From UHGV virus genome UHGV-0343683: 25,581 nt of DNA, one strand, 5' to 3'. Below, in pieces: positions 1 through 7,046 of the stretch. Below the pieces are notes generated by a model. The model ran no database searches. It was not told the origin of the DNA and worked only from the letters and a program-made list of their open reading frames with translations. The stretch's first letter is position 1. Every line of letters begins with the position of its first letter. The stretch is from a virus. Position numbers and translations under genes: made by a program.

Positions 1-376
1 GTTGTTTGCGCTCATGCTCGGTATCAAGTGAATTCACCTGTTTCACAGATGTGAACTCGGTCAAGATTTTACTCTCAGTACGGGTGACTTGTTGAGAGGG
101 TGTAGCAGTTGGAATTCTTTTGCTAGACGCAGCTACAGCCATTTTGCGAGCTTCGGCAGCTCTTTTTCTGGCTATTCCGCGAATACGGACAGCCGTTTTT
201 TTGGGGGCGTGCGAAACCTTTGGCTGAGGTGAAGCTTCGTCAGGAGACTGAACCGGAGTTTCATCGTCCTCCGGCTCAACCTCTTCTGCTAACTGACGGT
301 GTAGGTTGAGGGAATCCTTCAGTCTGCGTGCTACTTCCTGTTTGAAACGGCTGTTAAAATCGTCATCCGATGGCAT
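1..376 (-). CDS. hypothetical protein, partial (C-terminus beyond window edge); acidic/basic low-complexity N-terminal region
   Basis: ATG at 376 (reverse strand) lies 10 nt downstream of the ImmA stop; frame stays open to position 1 (translation MPSDDDFNSRFKQEVARRLKDSLNLHRQLAEEVEPEDDETPVQSPDEASPQPK...). Not in the ORF track because it runs off the window. No family recognised. Confidence 0.4.
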   Translation of the reverse strand, partial: MPSDDDFNSRFKQEVARRLKDSLNLHRQLAEEVEPEDDETPVQSPDEASPQPKVSHAPKKTAVRIRGIARKRAAEARKMAVAASSKRIPTATPSQQVTRTESKILTEFTSVKQVNSLDTEHERKQ

Positions 377-385
377 TTTAAAGCG

Positions 386-874
386 TTACCCCAACCTCAA
401 GTTCTTTAAACGATAAGTCATCGCATCGTCAGATACGCCAAAATAATGCGCCATTATATAACTTGGTTGACCGTCAGCGTGCAGTTTTCTGACCTCATCT
501 ACCGGCATCAGAAGTTCTGCTGCGAACTTGTTTGCAAAAATTTCATCAGGATGCGTTCCGGCGCTTGCGGTTTCGCCACGTAAATCAACGTACTCATATT
601 CATCGCTATGCGATGCTTGCCGGGCGATGTAATGCCCCAACTCATGCCCACATGAAAAACGTTGACGAACTTTGTTGTCATCACTGTTTAGAAAGATCGC
701 TGGATCTTGATCTTTTTGTTTAATCAGTGCGCCAGAAACTTTCCCAGGAAGATCGGTAATAAAAACATCTAATCCCATGTCGTGAGCAATTTTCGCTGGA
801 TCAACAGGGAAACCACGCCCGCACCAGAACGTGTCCAGCACTCGCCGGGCGTGCTCTCTTGGGTTGGTAGCCAT
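386..874 (-). CDS. ImmA/IrrE family (COG2856-like) zinc metallopeptidase
   Basis: 162 aa with HEXXH motif (CGHELGHY) in the characteristic RQRF-x-x-x-HELGH context; GGAGG Shine-Dalgarno upstream of ATG at 874. No XRE/HTH partner immediately upstream (about 400 bp non-coding). Confidence 0.8.
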   Translation of the reverse strand: MATNPREHARRVLDTFWCGRGFPVDPAKIAHDMGLDVFITDLPGKVSGALIKQKDQDPAIFLNSDDNKVRQRFSCGHELGHYIARQASHSDEYEYVDLRGETASAGTHPDEIFANKFAAELLMPVDEVRKLHADGQPSYIMAHYFGVSDDAMTYRLKNLRLG

Positions 875-1250
875 AGCTCCTCCAGTTACTGCATTACGAT
901 TATTGGTTGAAATATAGACAGCATGTTCCGTACCACATTCCTGTAAAAGTGCAAATTCTGCACTTCTGGTACGATATTAACTGTTAGTAGTAAAGTCTTC
1001 CAGATAAATCACTTTAAAATCTTGTGAATTGCTTGCTTTTTACGCTGTATTGTGGATGGTTCAATGTTTCCAGTAAAAACATACATGATAATCATGAGTT
1101 TAGTGTTTTTTTAGGCGTCTATATGTTTCTGGAAAATACAGGTCTAACCTGATCTTATCGTTGAGATTTTTTGTACTCAGTATGCGTGAACGATTCGACC
1201 AGGTGACTGTGTACGTGAAGAAGACCGCCCTTAATATTTTAAATGTGCAA

Positions 1251-1266
1251 CCCCTCAGAAGAGGGG
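1251..1266 (-). terminator. putative hairpin (cccctc-agaa-gagggg) just downstream of the 77-aa minus-strand gene
   Basis: 6-bp GC-rich stem, 4-nt loop, 7 nt after the stop codon at 1273; trailing U-tract is weak. Confidence 0.3.
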
Positions 1267-1272
1267 CTACTC

Positions 1273-1506
1273 TCACTTCTGCAGTATCTCGCCAATACCT
1301 GCCAGATTCTCGTCCATCTTGTCACCGTTTTCGATAAGGATGGAGTTGAGCCGATTCAGTTGCATAGCAATTTCAAGTTTGATTAAGGTATCCACCGATA
1401 CACCAGTTTCTTTTGCTAACTTAGTAAGAGCCGCAGCTCGATTGGCTAAATTAAAATCATCGAACTCATAACGACTTCTGCACGGCTGGTTGCCTAACGT
1501 ACCCAT
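1273..1506 (-). CDS. small HTH-like protein (putative transcriptional regulator), 77 aa
   Basis: ORF with AGGAA Shine-Dalgarno 4 nt upstream of ATG; helix-turn-helix-like segment LTKLAKETGVSVDTLIKLE; divergent from the 1750 gene. Confidence 0.5.
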   Translation of the reverse strand: MGTLGNQPCRSRYEFDDFNLANRAAALTKLAKETGVSVDTLIKLEIAMQLNRLNSILIENGDKMDENLAGIGEILQK

Positions 1507-1749
1507 AGTGATTCCTCATGATATAAAGACCCAACAATATAAATTACCAGGCACATCATAAGATAGGGTTCCAGCCCATATTTTCAAATATTTGCAAGTA
1601 TCACCGTTCAGTCTAAAAAGTTGGATGATGATTTAACGAGCCATAACAAAACCCTGCCTCGGAGGTTTTTTCTTTTTTATAGAACTCAGCGGCGTGAAAA
1701 CGAATAATAAATTGTGCAAATAGTGCAGTTTTTATTATTCGAGGTAATT

Positions 1750-2391
1750 ATGAAAACCTTCTATGAGGACTGGCCTGAAACTTTCGTTAGCCGGTTAGAT
1801 ATGTTACGGGCGTTGGATGATCGCGGTTCGACCCGGAGGCTCTATCTTGAACGGACCGGGGCAATATTTGACGCTCTGGCAGAAGAGATACGTACAGTCG
1901 TTGCCGGGCATCCTGAAATCGACGTGAGTGAACTTGATATCGGGCCGCTGTATCGCTATTACAAACGTGGAGAAAAGGGGAATCCGCTGGCTGACTTACT
2001 TATTGAGTTGGCTCCACCAACTTGTGAACGGGTTCGTATATCTCCTGAAGTGTACATAATCCCGTATCTGTTTTTTGCACTGTTGATAGCGCAAGGCGCT
2101 GACAACGATGCCCGCGATTTTTTCAATATGATGATGCGACCGTTAATCATCGCCTACCGTTTCAAACAACTGGCGCGATACCTGGGAACAAAGGGCGGAG
2201 GACGACCACAGCACAGATTAAAAAGCGAAGCCATTGAACTGGCTGATCGTTTTTTTACTGAAAACCCGACAGCGCCATTATCGCGTGGCGTGCAATACAT
2301 ATCCGGTATTTTTGTGGCGAAATACTCTGACCCACCTGCAGCGTCGACGATTAGAAAATGGTTAATTCCAATTTACAGGAGTGATAAATAA
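1750..2391 (+). CDS. hypothetical protein, 214 aa, unknown function
   Basis: ATG at 1750 preceded by GAGGT (4-nt spacer); the track ORF begins at GTG 1714 but lacks an RBS there. No family recognised. Confidence 0.6.
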   Translation: MKTFYEDWPETFVSRLDMLRALDDRGSTRRLYLERTGAIFDALAEEIRTVVAGHPEIDVSELDIGPLYRYYKRGEKGNPLADLLIELAPPTCERVRISPEVYIIPYLFFALLIAQGADNDARDFFNMMMRPLIIAYRFKQLARYLGTKGGGRPQHRLKSEAIELADRFFTENPTAPLSRGVQYISGIFVAKYSDPPAASTIRKWLIPIYRSDK

Positions 2392-2398
2392 TGACCAT

Positions 2399-2447
2399 AA
2401 ACGGTTTAATCCCCTATAAAACCGTTTAATAAAATTCACGACGTGAA
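2399..2447. promoter_or_regulatory. paired palindromes: inverted repeat AAACGGTTT/AAACCGTTT (2399-2407 and 2419-2427) and TTCACG-a-CGTGAA (2435-2447)
   Basis: Read directly; located between the stop of the 1750 gene and the SOS-box promoter. Candidate operator(s) or weak terminator. Confidence 0.35.
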
Positions 2448-2484
2448 TATAATTGTTCATTATTCCCTCATTGTATTTGGCGTT

Positions 2485-2522
2485 ATGACAAATGCCATAA
2501 AATACTGTATAAATATACAGGT
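2485..2522 (+). promoter_or_regulatory. sigma70-like promoter (-35 ATGACA 2485-2490, 17-bp spacer, -10 TATAAA 2508-2513) overlapped by a LexA SOS box (2503-2522)
   Basis: tactgtataaatatacaggt matches the LexA consensus TACTGTATATATATACAGTA at 17 of 20 positions, with the CTGT-N8-ACAG core intact; the box overlaps the -10 and start region. Confidence 0.65.
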
Positions 2523-2542
2523 TGTGGCATTGGGGGGAAGAC

Positions 2543-2722
2543 ATGAATATTCAAGAATCTATAGGCGAACTACCGGAAACATGCCGGGCTGTTATCAAGC
2601 GTAAGGACGGACACATCGTTGGTGTGCGTGTTCTGACCGATGATGAGCGGATTGCCAGCCTGATGGCGTTTCTCGAGTTGGCAGAAATAGCTGGATATAC
2701 TATTACACCCCCTGACGCGTAA
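2543..2722 (+). CDS. small SOS-box-associated protein, 59 aa (putative LexA-regulated regulator or antirepressor-like; function unknown)
   Basis: ATG at 2543 preceded by a G-rich Shine-Dalgarno; about 20 nt downstream of the LexA-box promoter. The track ORF starts at TTG 2522. Confidence 0.55.
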   Translation: MNIQESIGELPETCRAVIKRKDGHIVGVRVLTDDERIASLMAFLELAEIAGYTITPPDA

Positions 2723-2799
2723 AACACGGTATAATATCGGTGCTGGATTGAACACCCGGCACCATTTTCTGAACACTGCCGCGCCACCTGGAGTTAACC

Positions 2800-3396
2800 A
2801 TGGCGCAGCATTCATTTATCAGGGTATCCGGCGGTTCGCTAATACCCGCGACACCAGACACGCAACGCTGGTTGACTGAACGAGTCAAACCAGGTGCTGT
2901 TGTGTATGCAGATTTCAAACAGGCGCGTAATCCCGCGTTTCATCGTAAATTTTTCTCACTTCTCAACCTGGGCTTTGATTACTGGCATCCGTCCGGAGGG
3001 GCTATTTCTCCTGCGGAGCGCGAACTGGTTCACGGCTACGTTAAGTTACTGGCGTATTACGGTGGACACGGTGATGTCATGGCAGAGCTGGCTGATCAGT
3101 ATCTTCTCGATGAGTCGGAAAAGCGCGCGGGGAGTATCAGTGCGGTGAAGTCGTTCGAGGCGTTTCGCGCATGGGCGATTATGGAAGCTGGGTTTTATGA
3201 CGTTCATCAGATGCCAGACGGCAGTTTGATGCGCGTACCTCGTTCAATCTCGTTTGCAGCGATGGACGATCTTGAGTTCGGTCAACTGTATTCAGCCGTT
3301 TTAGATGTGCTGTGGAATTATATTTTGTTCCGCACATTTGCCTCTCAGGAGGCCGCTGAAAATGCCGCCGCGCAGCTGCTGGATTACACATCATGA
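2800..3396 (+). CDS. DUF1367 family phage protein
   Basis: 198 aa; motif FKQARNPAFHRKFFSLLNLGFDYWHP, typical of the lambdoid prophage DUF1367 family as remembered; GGAG Shine-Dalgarno 7 nt upstream. Confidence 0.65.
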   Translation: MAQHSFIRVSGGSLIPATPDTQRWLTERVKPGAVVYADFKQARNPAFHRKFFSLLNLGFDYWHPSGGAISPAERELVHGYVKLLAYYGGHGDVMAELADQYLLDESEKRAGSISAVKSFEAFRAWAIMEAGFYDVHQMPDGSLMRVPRSISFAAMDDLEFGQLYSAVLDVLWNYILFRTFASQEAAENAAAQLLDYTS

Positions 3397-3686
3397 AAAA
3401 AATCGACCTGAGAAAAGCTGCACGCAGTCGCGCTTGTACTGTGCGTATCCCCGGTGTGTGCAATCACAATCCTGAAACCAGCGTACTGGCTCATTATCGT
3501 CTCGCCGGAACGTGCGGCACAGCCATCAAACCTCACGATATGCAGGGCGCTATCGCCTGCAGTGCGTGTCACGATGCCATCGACGGACGTACAAAAACGG
3601 ATTACGAGCACGACTCATTGTTGTTGATGCACGCTGAGGGAGTTTTCAGAACACTGGCTATCTGGCGCGATGAGGAGTTTATCTGA
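3393..3686 (+). CDS. YbcO-like DUF1364 protein (putative zinc-binding nuclease-like)
   Basis: 97 aa; RIPGVCNHNPETSVLAHYR ... CSACHDAIDG resembles the DLP12 YbcO family; start overlaps the upstream stop (ATGA). Confidence 0.65.
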   Translation: MKKIDLRKAARSRACTVRIPGVCNHNPETSVLAHYRLAGTCGTAIKPHDMQGAIACSACHDAIDGRTKTDYEHDSLLLMHAEGVFRTLAIWRDEEFI

Positions 3687-4357
3687 TGAGTAACGAGTAT
3701 TTATTGGAATATACCCGCATAAAACTGCGCGCTGCATTGCGGGATTTGTCTGGTGGTTCTAAGGGGCAACTGGAAGCATTGTGTGAGCACCCACCGGCAG
3801 ACAAAAACGCATACCCACGCAAACATATTCACCGTGTGCAGCTGGAGGACCGGACCGTTGATGCTCTGGTTACGCCAGTTTACGCTCTGGAAAGTTTCAG
3901 CAGACGTCGCCCCGCGCCGCCGATGAGTGATTTTGAATTTGCTGATTCATCCTGGCGGCGTTCTGTGAACTCGCTGGATGCAAGTCAGCAAGCGTGGTTG
4001 CGTTATTGCTACGGTGGTAACCTGGCATTCAAACACCAAACAGCTATTTGTGAGGCTGTCTGGAGTCGCTATAAAGGAAACATCCCCGCGTCAACTCAGA
4101 GAAAAGTAGTTAAGCGCCTGCTTTCGTTGGTGTGGTTGTCCGTGCAGGCGGTCGCAGCAGCAAATAAACGCGAGGATTTTAAGGAGATGGCCGGATCTAC
4201 CCTAGCAGGAATGCTGTCGGTTTCTCGTTCCACCTGGTGCGAAACATACTCCCTGCACTGGGTAGGAATGAAAGAGGCGGTGAGAGCACTTGATGAAGTG
4301 GCACTTCTTGCAACTTTGCATCATTATCAGAACCATTTAGACGACGTTTGCGTATAA
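3686..4357 (+). CDS. putative late-gene antiterminator (Q-like) or hypothetical protein
   Basis: 223 aa; assignment mainly positional (after DUF1367/YbcO, directly before a TATAAT plus intrinsic terminator and the lysis cassette); ATGA overlap with the upstream gene. Sequence family not firmly recognised. Confidence 0.4.
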   Translation: MSNEYLLEYTRIKLRAALRDLSGGSKGQLEALCEHPPADKNAYPRKHIHRVQLEDRTVDALVTPVYALESFSRRRPAPPMSDFEFADSSWRRSVNSLDASQQAWLRYCYGGNLAFKHQTAICEAVWSRYKGNIPASTQRKVVKRLLSLVWLSVQAVAAANKREDFKEMAGSTLAGMLSVSRSTWCETYSLHWVGMKEAVRALDEVALLATLHHYQNHLDDVCV

Positions 4358-4454
4358 TGCTTGCAAAAACGAACAAAATAGGCCATATTTGACGCTAATT
4401 TGGTATGTTGCCAAATTTCTAAGAACCTCGCCACGGCGGGGTTTTGTCGTTTCT
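4353..4454 (+). promoter_or_regulatory. putative late promoter/leader with tR'-like intrinsic terminator
   Basis: Perfect TATAAT at 4353-4358 overlapping the Q-like stop (no good -35); hairpin cctcgcc-ac-ggcgggg at 4426-4441 followed by ttttgtcgtttct, 16 nt before the holin ATG. Confidence 0.4.
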
Positions 4455-4469
4455 GAATCAGGAAAAATC

Positions 4470-4853
4470 ATGTCTGAACCTCTAACCGCTGGCGTTGCTG
4501 CTGGCTCGGCGGGGGTGACGTTTGCTGCGTTATTTCCTGAGGCAACACCTGCAGTGATGATCTGTGCGCTGGCAGGCGCAGCTCTCTATGTGTTGTCGTC
4601 CGGGCAGCATCGATTCTGGAAGCAGGTTATTTTCGCACTCATTTCGTTTGTTGGCGGTGTGTATTGCGCTGAGACAGCGTCAGCCATCATTACCGGTATT
4701 CTGAACGCGGTGCTGAGTCACCTGAACCCTCCCGTAACAGTAAAAGTCTCTCCCGCCATTGGTGCACTGGTTGCATCAGTAATCAGCGTTACATCACTGT
4801 TGCGGATCATGTCACAAGCTCGTTTATGGAAATCAGATAAGGGGATGAAATAA
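4470..4853 (+). CDS. putative holin (multi-pass membrane protein)
   Basis: 127 aa with hydrophobic segments; first gene after the terminator; AGGA upstream of ATG 4470 (track ORF from 4389 reads through the terminator, so 4470 is preferred). Confidence 0.6.
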   Translation: MSEPLTAGVAAGSAGVTFAALFPEATPAVMICALAGAALYVLSSGQHRFWKQVIFALISFVGGVYCAETASAIITGILNAVLSHLNPPVTVKVSPAIGALVASVISVTSLLRIMSQARLWKSDKGMK

Positions 4854-5125
4854 TGACCCTGCACTCTGTCCTCATCAATGCCAATGCAATTATTTGTCTG
4901 ATGTTGGCACTACGGTTGATGTTTTTTCAAAAAACAGGCCGCTATCGTTTTTTCATCTCACTAACTGCTTACCTCGCGATTCTGTCTGCTGCGTGGATAG
5001 CCCTACGAATTTTTTACGGGAAATATACGCAGGTTGATCCCGCAGAGTTCTTTCTCAACCTCACCATCTGTATTGCTGTCTGGCGGGCACGAGGGAATAT
5101 TTCAAAAATAACAGGAGACAGGTAA
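4853..5125 (+). CDS. small membrane protein (second holin or antiholin-like)
   Basis: 90 aa, three hydrophobic stretches; ATG overlaps the upstream stop (TAATG). Confidence 0.5.
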   Translation: MTLHSVLINANAIICLMLALRLMFFQKTGRYRFFISLTAYLAILSAAWIALRIFYGKYTQVDPAEFFLNLTICIAVWRARGNISKITGDR

Positions 5126-5604
5126 TGACGGATCCTAAATGGCTAATCGAGGCTCGAAAAAACCTCGGCATTCGGGAAATGAAAGGGAAGCAACATGCTG
5201 CAGAAATTGTGCAGTACTGGAAAGATATCAAACGCGGCGGCATTAAGGATGACGAAACACCGTGGTGCGCTGCTTTCACCGGGGCAATGCTGGAACGTGC
5301 GGGTATTCGCTCAACGCGTTTTGAGTCTGCGAATTCTTATCTCGATTGGGGTAATGAACTGAAGGAACCCGCCTATGGATGCATTGCTATTCTGTCTCGG
5401 TCTGGCGGTGGTCACGTCGGCTTTGTTGTCGGGAAAAATGCCGCCGGGGATTTAATGATTTTGGGGGGCAACCAGGCAGATGAAGTAAATATCAAAGCTT
5501 TTCCTCGTTCCCGCGTAACAGGCTACCGCTGGCCAGCAGGTCAAACGGATGTTCCACAATCACTTCCATTGGTGAATGCTGAGAAATCTATCTCAGAAGC
5601 GTAG
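5125..5604 (+). CDS. putative endolysin, CHAP/NlpC-P60-like peptidase (TIGR02594-like)
   Basis: 159 aa; candidate catalytic Cys (TPWCAAF) and His (GGGHVGFVVG); coupled start (TAATG) after the membrane proteins. Confidence 0.6.
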   Translation: MTDPKWLIEARKNLGIREMKGKQHAAEIVQYWKDIKRGGIKDDETPWCAAFTGAMLERAGIRSTRFESANSYLDWGNELKEPAYGCIAILSRSGGGHVGFVVGKNAAGDLMILGGNQADEVNIKAFPRSRVTGYRWPAGQTDVPQSLPLVNAEKSISEA

Positions 5605-5611
5605 GTAAAAC

Positions 5612-5806
5612 GTGAAAAAACTTCTCTTAGCTGTCGCGTTCTTCACGCTGGCAGGCTGCACACATTCGACATACACCGAAGCGACTCGCGCTGACGGCAG
5701 CAGTATTAAACACGTGATGATCGCGCCGGGTACGAAGATTACTACTGCGAACGGTGGTTGTATTGATTCAACCGGGGCAGAGGCTTCATGCCTTGGTGGA
5801 AAATAG
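5612..5806 (+). CDS. small lipoprotein (possible lysis accessory or moron)
   Basis: GTG start with AGGT Shine-Dalgarno; signal peptide with lipobox LAGC (MKKLLLAVAFFTLAGC); 64 aa, not proline-rich, no C-terminal TM segment. Confidence 0.5.
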   Translation: MKKLLLAVAFFTLAGCTHSTYTEATRADGSSIKHVMIAPGTKITTANGGCIDSTGAEASCLGGK

Positions 5807-5827
5807 GGTAATTTACTTTAACGAGAG

Positions 5828-5851
5828 GCCGCCTTTTTGTTTTAAGGCGGC
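5828..5851. terminator. hairpin between convergent genes (gccgcctt-tttgtttt-aaggcggc)
   Basis: 8-bp stem with T-rich loop between the lipoprotein gene (+) and the 86-aa gene (-); flanking U-tracts weak. Confidence 0.35.
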
Positions 5852-5865
5852 ACACATTCAACAGA

Positions 5866-6126
5866 TTAAGGTAACTGATTTGACCATTTTGTTGCGCGCC
5901 AGTTGTTCTGAACCATAATCTTCTGAAGTATCTCATCTGAAGGCTCTGCTTCGCCGCTTAGCCATTCTCTTAAAGTTGAACAATTTAGATAAGAGGAGTT
6001 CGCACGATAAAAAGATACGATGGCGTCCTCTGATAACTTCTCAGGAAACTTTTTTGGGTCAGCTTCTTTTAATATTACGCTCATTAAGGCTTCAATTTTT
6101 TCTCTGTTCATTTTTTGCGTTCTCAT
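5866..6126 (-). CDS. hypothetical protein, AT-rich reverse-strand moron
   Basis: 86 aa ORF (start may instead be the ATG at 6111), opposite in orientation to all flanking late genes, visibly more AT-rich than its neighbours; sits where lambdoid phages carry morons (lambda bor position). No Shine-Dalgarno found. Confidence 0.45.
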   Translation of the reverse strand: MRTQKMNREKIEALMSVILKEADPKKFPEKLSEDAIVSFYRANSSYLNCSTLREWLSGEAEPSDEILQKIMVQNNWRATKWSNQLP

Positions 6127-6354
6127 GGTTGTTGTTTTTCTGTAATGATATCAATAAGTTCAAGATATATACATATATGGAAAACTTGTTCGGTAGTCTA
6201 TCGATACAGCACAAAAGGATGGCTCGCTGCCAAAGTGAAAGCTTACGCTGATAATCAGATACACAAAGCTGATGTATGCAAACAAGTACGCCGCGAGGCT
6301 ACAGTTGAGTTTGATGAACCTGATGCGAGCCCCTAATTCCTGTCCTGAAAGGGA

Positions 6355-6479
6355 GATAGCCCCCTGGTCGCGGGTCCTTTCCGAAATCCAAAACACCGAG
6401 GGTCGGTAGACGCGCAAAAACTCGCTCGTTTTTAGTATTTTTTCATTTTGGGTATTTCCGGTTCCGGTGAGGATTTTTA
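6355..6479 (+). other. putative cos region (cosN-like and cosB-like sites)
   Basis: gtcgcgggtcc at 6367-6377 resembles the lambda cosN-proximal CTCGCGGGTTTTCGC as remembered; tttccgg motifs downstream resemble Nu1-binding R sites; lies directly upstream of the small terminase gene. Confidence 0.3.
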
Positions 6480-7046
6480 ATGGCAAGTCAGGCTGAGGTT
6501 GCAGCACATTTACTGCTATCTGATCGTCGTCTGCGCGATCTCGCAAAACTTCCGGGAGCACCAGTCCCACAAGGACGTGGTGATTGGGAGCTAGACGCAT
6601 GGCGCCATTTTTATATTCGTTATCTCCGGAGCAATAGACGCGACACAACTAGTAATGACGAACCGGAAGCGGGGGACAATTCTCCCGAAAAAAATCGCGA
6701 GCAGTGGCTGAAAAATGAGGAACGACAGGAGCGAATCCTGATGGCACGAGTAAAACGCCGCATTCTCGCTAAACGCTACGCGCCAATTGAATTAATTAGC
6801 GTCGCTGTATCTCGCGTCGCCGTTGAATTACGTACCCGCGTCGAGTCGTGGCCACCACGCCTGAAAAAGGTCTGGCCGGAGATGCCGCAAGAGGCGAGCA
6901 GTGTATTACGAGAGGAGCTGGCGATAGCCTTAAATGAGTTGTCAGACATACGAATCGACTTCAGCGATTACGATGTCAGCGATATCGAACGCGATCTCGA
7001 CAGGGTTGAATCCCTTGCGCGTGACGATACCGATGACGGGTGTTGA
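6480..7046 (+). CDS. terminase small subunit (lambda Nu1-like)
   Basis: 188 aa; N-terminal region resembles the lambda Nu1 winged-HTH region; immediately upstream of and overlapping the large terminase gene. Confidence 0.65.
   Translation: MASQAEVAAHLLLSDRRLRDLAKLPGAPVPQGRGDWELDAWRHFYIRYLRSNRRDTTSNDEPEAGDNSPEKNREQWLKNEERQERILMARVKRRILAKRYAPIELISVAVSRVAVELRTRVESWPPRLKKVWPEMPQEASSVLREELAIALNELSDIRIDFSDYDVSDIERDLDRVESLARDDTDDGC

Noticed and set aside
1012-1095. 28-codon minus-strand ORF (MIIMYVFTGNIEPSTIQRKKQAIHKILK) in the long region upstream of the ImmA gene
   Set aside because: No Shine-Dalgarno and too short to support; a small toxin-like peptide cannot be excluded, but there is no evidence beyond an open frame.
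1648-1680. Hairpin plus T-run that could be a plus-strand terminator or the 3' end of a small RNA
   Set aside because: The stem is short and A-U rich, and there is no upstream plus-strand gene or convincing promoter to terminate; too weak to call.
2894-3148. 84-aa plus-strand ORF in an alternate frame inside the DUF1367 gene, and minus-strand ORFs 2551-2918 over its start
   Set aside because: Overlap a better-supported gene with a Shine-Dalgarno and recognisable family motif; no independent support.
6160-6648. 162-aa minus-strand ORF spanning the cos region and the start of the small terminase gene
   Set aside because: Overlaps a confidently called gene and the putative cos site, has no Shine-Dalgarno and no recognisable features; treated as a chance ORF.
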